This document shows positions 30,001 to 40,045 of a stretch of 64,000 nucleotides of DNA, in pieces (positions within the stretch are counted from its first letter, which is position 1; each line of letters opens with the position of its first letter). The position numbers and the translations under genes were made by a program. The notes below the pieces were generated by a model. The model ran no database searches. It was not told where the DNA came from and was given only the letters and a program-made list of their open reading frames with translations. This DNA is from Eledone cirrhosa. Its lineage: Eukaryota. The DNA lies in assembly GCA_964016885.1 (NCBI GenBank), contig OZ024740.1, forward strand, positions 59,954,001-60,018,000, read 5' to 3'.

Positions 30001-32200
30001 ACAGTGGCTGGGTGCTTTTAGTTGTGACTCCTACTAGACCACTTTACAGTGTGGTCTGGGTGCTTTTAGTTGTGACTCCTACAAGACCACTCAACAGTGG
30101 GCTGGGTGCTTTTAGTTGTGACTCCTACAAGACCACTCAACAGTGGGCTGGGTGCTTTTAGTTGAGACTCCTACTAGACCACTTTACAGTGTGGACTGAG
30201 TGCTTTTAGTTGTGACTCCTACAAGACCACTTTACAGTGTGGGCTGGGTGCTTTTAGTTGTGATTCCTACATGACCACTTTACAGTCTGTGCTGGGTGCT
30301 TTTAGTTGTGACTCCTACAAGACCACTTTACAGTGTGGGCTGGGTTCTTTTAGTTGTGACATCTGCATGACCACTTTACAGTGTGGGCTGGGTGCTTTTA
30401 GCTGTGACTCCTACAAGACCACTTTACAGTGTGGGCTGGCTTCTTTTAGTTGTGACATCTGCATGACCACTTTACAGTGTGGGCTGGGTGCTTTTAGTTG
30501 TGACACCTACAAGACCACTTTACAGTGTGGGCTGGATGCTTTAGTTGTGACTCCTACATGACCACTCTACAGTGTGGGCTGTGTGCTTTTAGTTGTGACA
30601 CCTACAAGACCACTTTACAGTGTGGGTTGGGTGATTTTAGTTGTCACTCCTACATGACCACTTTACAGTGTGGGTTGGATGCTTTTAGTTCTGACTCGTA
30701 CAAGTCCACTTTACAGTGTGGGCTGGATACTTTTATTTATGACACTCACATGACCACTTTACAGTGTGGGTTGGGTGCTTTTAGTTGTGACTCCTACAAT
30801 ACCCCTTTACAATGTGGGCTGGGTGCTTTTAGTTGTGACTCCTACAAGACCACTTTACAGTGTGGGCTGGATACTTTTATTTGTGACACTCACATGACCA
30901 CTTTACAGTGTGGGTTGGGTGCTTTTAGTTGTGACACCTACATGACCACTTTACAATGTGAGCTGGGTGCTTTTAGTTGTGACTCCTAGATGACCACTTT
31001 ACAGTGTGGGCTGGGTACTTTTAGTTGTGACTCCTACATGACCACTTTACGGTGTGGGTTGGGTGCTTTTAGTTGTGACTCCTACAAGACCACTTTACAG
31101 TGTGGGCTGGGTGCTTTTAGTTGTGACACCTACAAGACCACTTTACAGTGTGGGCTGGGTGCTTTAATTGTGACTCCTACATGACCACTTTACAGTGTGG
31201 GTTGGGTGCTTTTAGTTGTGACACCTACAATACCACTTTACAATGTGGGCTGGGTGCTTTTAGTTGTGACTCCTACATGACCACTTTACAGTGTGGGCTG
31301 GGTGCTTTTAGTTGTGACACCTACAAGACCACTTTACAGTGTGGGCTGGATACTTTTGTTTGTGACTCCTACAAGACCACTTTACAGTGTGGGTTGTGTG
31401 CTTTTAGTTGTGACTCCTACATCACCACTTTACAGTGTGGGCTGGGTGCTTTTAGTTTTGACTCCTACATGACCACTTTACAGTGTGGGTTGGGTGCTTT
31501 TAGTTGTGACTCCTACAAGACCACTTTACAGTGTGGGTTGGGTGCTTTTAGTTGTGACACCTACAAGACCACTTTACAGTGTGGGCTGGGTGCTTTTAGT
31601 TGTGACTCCTACAAGACCACTTTACAGTGTGGGTTGGGTGCTTTTAGTTGTGACACCTACATGACCACTTTACAATGTGAGTTGGGTGCTTTTAGTTGTG
31701 ACTCCTAGATGACCACTTTACAGTGTGGGCTGGGTACTTTTAGTTGTGACTCCTACATGACCACTTTACGGTGTGGGTTGGGTGCTTTTAGTTGTGACTC
31801 CTACAAGACCACTTTACAGTGTGGGCTGGATGCTTTTATTTGTGACACCCACAAGACCACTTTACAGTGTGGGCTGGGTGCTTTTAGTTGTGACACCTAC
31901 AAGACCACTTTACAGTGTGGGCTGGATACTTTTATTTGTGACACTTACATGACCACTTATCAGTGTGGGTTGTGTACTTTTAGTTGTGACTCCTACATGA
32001 CCAATTTACAGTGTGGGCTGGGTGCTTTTAGTTGTGACACCTACAAGACCACTTTACAGTGTGGGTTGGGTGATTTTAGTTGTGACATCTGCATGACCAC
32101 TTTACAGTGTGGGCTGCTTGCTTTTAGTTGTGACTCCTACATGACCACTTTACCATGTGGGCTGGGTGCTTTTATTTGTGACACCTACAAGACCACCTTA
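1..32200. repeat. 48-bp tandem satellite array (~670 monomers), continues beyond left edge
   Basis: Consensus GGTGCTTTTAGTTGTGACTCCTACAAGACCACTTTACAGTGTGGGCTG repeated head-to-tail without foreign insertions; recurrent 46-bp variants (..ACCACTCAACAGTGGGCTG) and rarer 45/47/49-bp variants; ends abruptly at ..GACCACCTTA (~32,200). Confidence 0.99.
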
Positions 32201-32319
32201 TCTTTTATTTATCTAAAAACCTTCTATCATAATTTTATGTAAGAACCCTTGTTAAGTTATGCTCCTAGCACCCGCTTATTAATGAAGAAATGTAATTATA
32301 TCATGATAGATTACAAATT

Positions 32320-32470
32320 GGCAAAGGCATTAGAACATAAGATAGAAAGCTTTGTGGGATTTTTTCTGGCTCTCTGCACTCTTTGAGTTCAAATTCCAGC
32401 GATATGAACTCTGTCTTTTGGAGGTCGATAAAAAAAAGTAACAATGCAGTACTGGGGTCAATTCTTGATC
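32320..32470 (+). mobile_element. Degenerate tRNA-derived Nin/Deu-domain SINE
   Basis: B-box GAGTTCAAATTCC followed by ..GGAGGTCGATAAAA..GTACTGGGGTCAAT, as in intact copies in this window. Confidence 0.55.
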
Positions 32471-32697
32471 TATATCTCTTTCTCACACTTTCTCTCTCCT
32501 TCCAGAAGAAATTGGCTATGTTCAGACCTGGAGAGGAGATGGGCTCAGCTAGGTTTAAACATGTCCAAGAAACACCATATGTCACTATGGCATCTCTACA
32601 ACTCCACCAGGAGTTACAGGCCTACATTTACAATTATATTAGCCAGAAACAGTTCTATATGAACAAGACGCGATCACCTGACCCAACTTACCTGTAA

Positions 32698-32763
32698 TGG
32701 GACAGCCCGTCTAACCCATATAGGCATGGAAAATTGACGTTAAACAATGATGATGATGATGAT
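32698..32763 (+). mobile_element. SINE 3' tail ending in (GAT)n
   Basis: CCCGTCTAACCCAT..GCATGGAAAATTGACGTTAAACAATGATGATGATG, same tail as 34,545-34,610. Confidence 0.7.
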
Positions 32764-33016
32764 ATTACTAAATCACTTCAAATCCTTGATTATTTTCAAA
32801 ATTATATGAAAAATCATTGGCAGCATCTTTCATTAGAAATATAATAATCAAAGGCCTAAAGGAGAAATTATTAAAAAGCTTATTTATTTATTACTTTTTT
32901 ACTGGTCCCAAGTAGTAGACTCGAGCCAAACTGGGTCATCATCATCATCAACATTATTATTCTAAAAGTTCATTTTGTTTTTCTTTTATCAATATTATTC
33001 TTTTATGATAAGGGAT

Positions 33017-33208
33017 GTGGATTGGAAGTATCAGTAGAGCGTCAGACACCATACTTTGCAGCATAGAGTTATGGCCCTTTGCGTTCAGAGTTCAAATGCC
33101 GCCGAGGTTAACTACGTCTTTCATCCTTACAGGGTTGATAAAATAAAGTACCAGTAATGCACTGGAGTAATTGCTGGCCTTGTGCCAAAAGTAGAAACAA
33201 TTATTATT
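33017..33208 (+). mobile_element. tRNA-derived SINE with Nin/Deu-type core
   Basis: A-box-like TGGAAGTATCAG, B-box GAGTTCAAATGCC, core TTTCATCCTTACAGGGTTGATAAAATAAAGTACCAGT, tail GGCCTTGTGCCAAAAGTAGAAAC(ATT)n. Confidence 0.85.
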
Positions 33209-33593
33209 CTAAAAGTTCATTATTTTTCTTTTATCAACATTATTATTTGTTATTTAAACATATTTTATTGTCATTGTGTTTTTTTTTTGGGGGGGGGGGC
33301 TGTATAAATTTATATAGAATGAATGAACATTTTGCTATTTTGAATTTTATTTTTTATTTAAATTCTTTGCAGATGTTTTAAATGTTAGCTGACCTTTAGC
33401 ATACATTGAACAATGGACCGTCAGTGGAGCCTAGTTTCAAATGCATTGACTGACGACTGACATAAATAAAAGAATGTATCTTGCAGCCATGTTATTTCAT
33501 TTATCGTTACATCACTACCGTCCTTGAAAGAAAGGTATGAGCATCACACATTCTCATTTCCACTACAAACATCACACCTTTTGTTTACCTAAA

Positions 33594-33612
33594 TAACTAC
33601 TACTACTACTGC

Positions 33613-33648
<36 letters not shown>

Positions 33649-33821
33649 CGCTAGTGCTACTTCCACCACCACTACTGCTACCACCACGACCACTACTGCT
33701 ACTACCACTACTGTTGCTGCTACTACTACTACTACTACTACTACTATTAATGCTGCTGCTGCTGCTGCTACTACTACTACCACTACTGCTACTACTACCA
33801 CCACTACTGCTGCTGCTACTT

Positions 33822-33858
<37 letters not shown>

Positions 33859-33905
33859 TACTACTACACTAATAATGATAATAATAATACTGTTGTTCTT
33901 GTTGT
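33594..33905. repeat. Compound trinucleotide microsatellite (CTA)n/(CTG)n/(CCA)n/(AAT)n/(GTT)n
   Basis: Directly visible; explains the poly-Val and poly-Leu pseudo-ORFs. Confidence 0.95.
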
Positions 33906-33919
33906 TAACATTACATCAG

Positions 33920-34090
33920 AGTGATGGAGTAACATAATTTGCAATGTTATGAGTTCAAATACCTCTGGAGTCAACTGTCTTTCATTCTTCCAATGTTCAA
34001 TGAAATATGTACAAATTAGATACTGGAAACTTGATTTAATCAATAGTTCCTTCTCCTGACATTTGTGGCTCTGCTTCCTAAATCAACTAT
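33920..34090 (+). mobile_element. Highly degenerate Nin/Deu-type SINE
   Basis: GAGTTCAAATACCTCTGGAGTCAACTGTCTTTCATTCTTCC resembles the B-box plus core of the family. Confidence 0.45.
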
Positions 34091-34177
34091 TTCATTACCA
34101 TATTTCTAATGAAATACACTGCCTATGATTCTATTAATTTTGAAAATTTGGAGGATTTTAGTAAAATGAGCTATGAC

Positions 34178-34450
34178 AATAAGCGCCCAGTCCACACTGT
34201 AAAATGGTCGTGTAGGTGTTATGATAAAAAGCTCCTAGGCTACACTGTAAAGTGGTCATGTTTGTGACATGACAAAAAACACTCAGCCCATACTGTAAAG
34301 TGGTTGTGTAGGAGTCATGACAAAAAGCACCTAGCCTGCACTGTAAAGTGGTCGTGAAGGAGTCAAGATAAAAAGCACCCACTCCACACTATCAAGTGGT
34401 TGTGAAGGTATCATGATAAAGAGCAGCCAGCACACTATGTAAATGTGGTT
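34178..34450 (-). repeat. Inverted, diverged mini-array (5-6 units) of the 48-bp satellite
   Basis: 48-bp period; units like AAAAGCACCTAGCCTGCACTGTAAAGTGGTCGTGAAGGAGTCAAGATA match the reverse complement of the main monomer; ORF 34158..34382(-) reads TTLQCRLGAFCHDSY like the main array. Confidence 0.9.
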
Positions 34451-34610
34451 GGCATTAGGAAGGGCATCCAGCTGTAGAAACCAAGCCAAAATCAGTTCTG
34501 TGTGAGCAAAATACAGTCCACCAACCTGTTGACTCACAACAGGATAGCTCATCTAACCCATGCTAGTGTGGAAAATGGATGTTAAATGATGATGATGATG
34601 ATGATGATGA
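34419..34610 (+). mobile_element. 3' half of SINE with (GAT)n tail
   Basis: CACACTATGTAAATGTGGTTGGCATTAGGAAGGGCATCCAGCTGTAGAAACC..CTAACCCATGCTAGTGTGGAAAATGGATGTTAAATGATGATG; related copy on opposite strand at 37,408-37,590. Confidence 0.8.
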
Positions 34611-34884
34611 ATTATTTTTGTCATTAGTAAGCTGATATTTAGATTATCACATAAGAAAACTTTCTAAAATAAAGTTATGATGTAAGGTTTTAATATAACA
34701 ACAGACATTTAAAAATAAGGACTCTTGTATCATATATCAATGATGCTTTCAGTCAGCTTAATATCAATGGGGTTAAAATAATTATCTCAGGATAGTGAGT
34801 GTGGATTAATTGGTAGTTATGAATTTAAATATCTCTAGAGTCAACTTTTCTTATTCATCCTTTTGGGGGTTCAATAGAAAGAGT

Positions 34885-35492
34885 CATCCTCATCATCATC
34901 ATCGAGTTCCCATAACAGGGGCAGCCAGTCATTGGGGTGCCATTCTAGATATTTTTGCAGTCAGCCATTACTACTGATCTCTACTCTCTGTCATGTGTAG
35001 AAGGGCCATGGTATTGTGACCTGTCCAGTTCTTGATGTTGTCAGACCAGGATTTTCTTTGTCTGCTGCTTTTTAACCCTCCCTCAACTGAAGGATGGTTT
35101 TAGACAGTTAGTTGTGGCAGGTTATGTTGCTGTACCAGGTGAGTTTCCATCTTTTCACCATTGCAAGGTATGGTTCCTGTCTGCCAGCATATTTGTTAAC
35201 TTCCTGCTTGACAAAGCTGTTTGTTTAGTTCTCATTTTATTGGACACATAACAGTCTTTTGAAGCATTTGTTCTTGTATGCCTGGATTCTTCATTTCATG
35301 TCAGCTGTAAGAGTCCAGCTCTTGCATCTATACAGAAGAATTGAAATCACCAGGGTCTTATACAATTTGAACCTCATTGGAAACTAATGGAGTCGCTTTT
35401 CTATCCTAGATACATGAAGGTGTTCATTGCTTCAAGTCTTCCTTCATTCAACATAATGTTGGTTGCTGTATTCTGGTTATGACTATTAACCA
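34885..35492 (-). pseudogene. Decayed RTE-clade LINE, ORF2 C-terminal part and 3' end
   Basis: Minus-strand peptides GRLEAMNTFMYLG, KLYKTLVISILLYRCKSWTL, VKRWKLTWY..LSKTILQ..RQRKSWSDNIKNWTG typical of RTE ORF2; ends in (GAT)n; stops and frameshifts. Confidence 0.85.
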
Positions 35493-35830
35493 GTGAAGAA
35501 ACAGAAGTCATTCTAATCACCTGCAGCATCCCTCCATATGAAGGTACATAGTTTAGTGGTTAAGGTAAATTTTCTAAATCTGAAGGAACATCATTAAAAA
35601 GTCGGTGGGTGGGGTGTCGGTGCCATTTAGTGCTCCCTACTTTCGTCTGGTGATGGGTCTGAATTTTCAGTTTAGTTTCCAATCGTCTAGTTGTCTTATT
35701 GCTGATTGTATATGTAGTACTGAACTGGTACTATGTAGACATCATTAATATCATGTAGGCATCCAGGTGTTATAACACCTGAATGATAATCAGAGATGAA
35801 ACCAATGTAAATGTAGTATAGATGTAAATA

Positions 35831-36144
35831 TTAACCCTTTTGTTACCAAACCATCTGAAACCACCCTTTGGTTCTCTAATACAAAGCTGTTTGCTTTAAA
35901 GTTTGCTTCAATTCATCTAAAAACCTTCCATCATAACTCTATGAAAAAACCTTTGCTAGGTTATGTTCCAAACAGCAGTTTAATAATGAGAAATTTAATT
36001 AAAGATATTTTCAATTATTTAATTTAAAATATTTTCAATTATTTGATTAAAAATATTTTCAATTATTTAATTAAAAATATTTTCAATCTATTTGAAAAAA
36101 ATAGGTTGTGTTTTTCATTAGAAATATCGTGATAAAAGGATTAA
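35831..36144. mobile_element. piggyBac-like MITE with internal ~23-bp tandem repeat
   Basis: TTAA|CCCTTTTGTTACC ... GTGATAAAAGGA|TTAA imperfect TIRs with TTAA flanks; about 4x ATTAAAAATATTTTCAATTATTT at ~35,995-36,090. Confidence 0.65.
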
Positions 36145-36250
36145 AAAAATTTTCATCACTAAAGTTGAGGTTAATTAGTTAAAAAATAAATTATAATTCG
36201 TTTACCAATAATTTATCTCAGATATTTAGGCATTTAAGCAGTTAGACAAC

Positions 36251-36502
36251 TTAACCTTTTTGATATCAAACTGCTTGAAATCATGCTTGGTTCTATGATA
36301 GTAAGCTGGTTACTTAAAAATATTTTTATTTATCTAAAACACTTCCATCATAATTTTATATAAGAACATTTATGTTTTGCTCCAAATACGACCTTAATAA
36401 TGATTAAGTTAATTACTAAATGAAGCCAAATTCTTGATTATTTTCAAAATGAGTTGAAAATCATAGACAGTGTCTTTCATTGGAAATATGTTAAAGAAAG
36501 GG
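36251..36502. mobile_element. Second copy of the same piggyBac-like MITE
   Basis: TTAACCTTTTTGATATCAAAC..GGTTCTATGATA..ATCTAAAACACTTCCATCATAATTTTAT..TTTCATTGGAAATATG colinear with the 35,831 copy. Confidence 0.6.
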
Positions 36503-36587
36503 AAAAGTAATTTCTTTCTAATTTTTATTGTAAGATTATTTTTGACACATTAAGTCAAATCTAACCGAGTAAGCCAATGGTTTAAAC

Positions 36588-36890
36588 CAAAGGGCATGCT
36601 ACAGGTGGCCTGCAGGCCACAATTTAGAGTGGCCCACGATGACCGTTTTTAATTTTTACTTTGTAGGCTAATTTAGAATGGTTTTCATAACCGTAATACA
36701 ATTTTCTGTTAGTTGACCTATACTAAAGGGCTTCACTGATAGGGTTATGTGTGCTATAATTTCCCAGTTCGATGTCATGGAAAGAAGTTGTGGTGAATCT
36801 TTGGAATAGTTCTTAATAAATATTATTAGCCCTAATAGTTGTTCCAATGTTCAAAAGTGGCCCGCCAATGGAATATGTTACACGCTCCTG
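36588..36890. mobile_element. hAT (Charlie-like) non-autonomous element
   Basis: Near-matching 8-bp flanks GTTTAAAC / GTCTAAAG, subterminal GTGGCC(C/T)(A/G)C motifs at both ends, right end CCTG. Confidence 0.5.
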
Positions 36891-37213
36891 GTCTAAAGCA
36901 TTCCAGTTAAGACTATCCTGTCTTTTTTAGGAGTATCTGAGACTACATTATCTAATGGGTGTAATTTTAGTTAGATTTAGCTGCTATTTCTAGCATGTCA
37001 AACAACTAGGTAAAAGCTCTATGTTAGAGATGATGAATAAATTGATATTGACAAACACACTTAGGTATTTTTGAACCAAGTGACAAGAACTTTAATGCAT
37101 CTGGGCCTTTTCTCCCTGCCACCATCGCCACAAAATTGAACTTTAGTCAGAAGAAAGGGAGTAATGTCCATGACCTTCACAGACCCCTGGCCCATGCAAG
37201 ATTAGTGAGATTA

Positions 37214-37246
<33 letters not shown>

Positions 37247-37407
37247 GTTTAACGTCTATTTTCCAACGATGATGATGATGAGGATGATGAATAATCTCAT
37301 TATGGGTGCTATTCAGGTTTTTCAAGAACAAGATTATATCTACATAAAAAAAATGTAAGCAAAAGTCTAATTCTAGAAGGACAACATTCTGGGGTGAAAG
37401 GAAAGGG

Positions 37408-37590
37408 TCATCATCATCAGCATCATTGTCGTTTAACGTCTATCTTCCACGCTAGCATGGGTTTAGACGGGAATTGTCCCACTTGAGGCAAGATTGGTCG
37501 GCTGACCATGTCTCGCTCGTATAGGACTGTCTGGCAGGTTTTCTACAGCTGGATGCCCTTCCTAACACCAACCACATTTACAGTGTGGGT
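37408..37590 (-). mobile_element. 3' half of SINE, same family as 34,419-34,610
   Basis: (CAT)n..GTTTAACGTCTATCTTCCACGCTAGCATGGG..GGTTTTCTACAGCTGGATGCCCTTCCTAACACCAACCACATTTACAGTGTGGG. Confidence 0.8.
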
Positions 37591-37799
37591 ATACAGAAAG
37601 GGTAATACATTTAAAAGACCATGGAGCTTGTGTGGACAAGAATATAGTACAGACAAGAAGAAGAGTGGAAACAAGTGTGTCAGATGGGCTTGGGTGGAGG
37701 TGGTAAGCAATTAGACGAAAGAAGAGGAGCTGATTGTCAGATCGAACCAAGGAAGCTATGTTTTCATAGGATTTTTCCATGCTGATACTATCTGCCAGT

Positions 37800-40045
37800 C
37801 GTAACTCCTCTGACTGCCAAAATGCCTTGTGATATTTAGTTATAGTCTTTTACATTCTGAGTTCAAATTTCACTAAGATCAACTTTCACTTTCATCCTTT
37901 CCAGGGTTGATAAAGTAAAGTATAGGTTAAATACTGAAGTGTATATAATTGATTAACTCCAACAAAATGTGTGGCCTTGTACTAATATTAGAACCATAAT
38001 TTTCTTGCAGAACCTTTATATCTTATTTCCTTCATATCATGCCCAGGTTTGAATTTTTCTTTTCTCTACTGTTTAGTCAAGACTGCACCCACAGCACCCA
38101 TGATCCCAGCCCCTGTCGTTTTCAGTATCTGAAACTGGTGGGAGGAATGGTGGAAGCTATCTTCAAACAAGAGACCTGGCTTGTATATTTGGCAGTGGTA
38201 GGATGGTGGGTTGGTAGAATTATTACAGCATCAGGTAAATTGCATAATGGCAATTTAACTATAGTTATTTTGGTTTTGAGTTCAAACTCTGCTGAGGTCA
38301 ACTTTGCTTTTCATGTTCTGGGGTTGATAAAATATAGCACAACTGAAGTACAGGGATCAATTCAATCAACTATATCCCACCCCTTAAATTTCCAGCCTTG
38401 TGCCTAAATTAGACACCATTGGTGGATTGGCAGTATCAGCAGAGCGTTGGACACCCTGCTTCGCGACATACAGTTATGGTCCTTTACGTTCTGAGTTCAA
38501 ATCGAGCCGAGGTTTGCTTTGCCTTTCATCCTTATAGGGTCGCTAAAATAAAGCACCAGTAATGCACTGGGGTCAATTTAATTGACTTTCCCTTCTCCTC
38601 AAATTGGTGGCCTTGTGCCTATAGTAGAAATCATTATTATTCGGTCGTCAAGTATGAAATTTGTAGTGAGGCATATGGTCATATGTTATTTTATAGAAAT
38701 TTCATACTTGACGACCCAATATTATAGTTTACGGCATATAGTTAAGGCCCTTTACATTTTCAATTCAAATTCCACCGAGGTTAGCTTTGCTTTTCATCCT
38801 TATGGGATCGATAAAATAAAATACCAGTAACACACTGTGTTCAATTAGATCGACCCCCCCCCCCCACACACACAAAAAACAAAAAAAATTGTTGACCTTG
38901 TGCCTAAATTAGGAACCATTAATATTATTTGCAATATATCAGGGGCGGTGGATTGGCAGTATCGGTAGAGGGTCAGACGCCATGCTTTCCAGCATAGTTG
39001 CGTCCCTTTATGATCTGAGTTCAAATCCCGCCGAGGTTGACTTTGCCTTTCATCCTTACGGGGTCGATAAAATAAAGTACCAGTAATGCACTGGGTAATT
39101 GCTGGCCTTGTGCCAAAAGTAGAAACAATTATTATTATATTACGTTTATAAAGACGGTGGATTGGCAAAATCGATAGAGCGTCGGTCATCATGCTTCGCG
39201 GCATAGTTACATCCCTTTACGTTCTGAGTTCAAATCCTGCCGAGTTTAGCTTTGCCTTTCATCCTTACGGGGTCGATAAAATAAAGTACCAGTAATGCAC
39301 TGGGTAATTGCTGGCCTTGTGCCTAAAGTAGAAACAATTATTTGCAATATATCAATTTTCTAAAATTATCAGTTAAATTACACAGAATAACCTATAGAAA
39401 GTGAAATTACATTATAACCTTAAATCTCATATATGATCTATGCTGACAAGCTTGCTGGGTTTCAACGCGCACAACATTTCTTTATTCAATGAAACTAGTT
39501 AGAAAGTGTAGCAAGGGAAATAACTCTTAAGCGTAAGTTGTTTCCCTTCAGTATCGTATTGTTTTTAGCATCTTGTCCGTGATTATATGTATATCGTATT
39601 ATATGTATATCGTATTATATGTATATCGTATTATATACGACTAAGCAATTCACACAAGTGTATTCAAATCCTGACAGATAAATGAACAACCATTTCTACC
39701 ACTAACACATCCTTTCGTGGTTGTATTTCACCTTTCAGCAAGTTAAAAAATAGCAAATCAACCATACTTTATACTAACAAGGTACTAATATAAAATATGT
39801 CTACTTTCTACGTACATTATTAGGGTGGTGGATTGGCAGAATCGGTAGAGGGTTCGACACCACGCTTTTCAGCATAGAGTTACGGCCCTTTAAGTTATGT
39901 ATTCAAATCCTACCGAGGTTAGCTTTGCCTTTCATCCTTATGGAGTCGAAAAATAAAGTACCAGTAACGCACTGGGGTTGATTTAATCGACTTTCCTTTC
40001 CCCCAAAATTGTTCGCTTTGTGCCTAAATCAGAAACCATTATTGT
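37800..40045 (+). mobile_element. Cluster of about seven co-oriented Nin/Deu-type SINEs (~37,800, 38,200, 38,421, 38,700, 38,947, 39,156, 39,825)
   Basis: Each has (G/A)(A/T)TTCAAA B-box-like motif plus TTTGCCTTTCATCCTTACGGGGTCGATAAAATAAAGTACCAG-like core and GGCCTTGTGCC tail; best copies begin GGTGGATTGGCAGTATCGGTAGAG. Confidence 0.85.
39582..39637. repeat. 16-bp minisatellite TATTATATGTATATCG x3.5
   Basis: Directly visible. Confidence 0.85.

Larger units (their letters stand above)
32201..32860 (+). mobile_element. Truncated, interrupted copy of the piggyBac-like MITE seen at 35,831 and 36,251
   Basis: 32,201-32,299 (TTATCTAAAAACCTTCTATCATAATTTTATGTAAGAAC) and 32,764-32,860 (ATTACTAAAT..CTTGATTATTTTCAAAAT..TTTCATTAGAAATAT) match consecutive internal parts of the 36,251 copy; left end missing; 32,300-32,763 intervenes. 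Confidence 0.65.

Noticed and set aside
1-32200. CRISPR array
   Set aside because: No unique spacers, the whole unit is repeated; eukaryotic context with no cas genes.
1-32242. Cys-rich repeat protein gene(s) from the many + strand ORFs
   Set aside because: ORFs follow from the 48-bp period; frequent 46/47/49-bp units shift frame and stops recur; no signal peptide, unique termini or splice structure.
33589-33872. Poly-Val / poly-Leu ORFs
   Set aside because: Translations of a trinucleotide microsatellite.
37562-37780. ORF 37562..37780(-) as a gene
   Set aside because: Runs into a SINE; at most a faint resemblance to a decayed LINE C-terminus, too weak to call.
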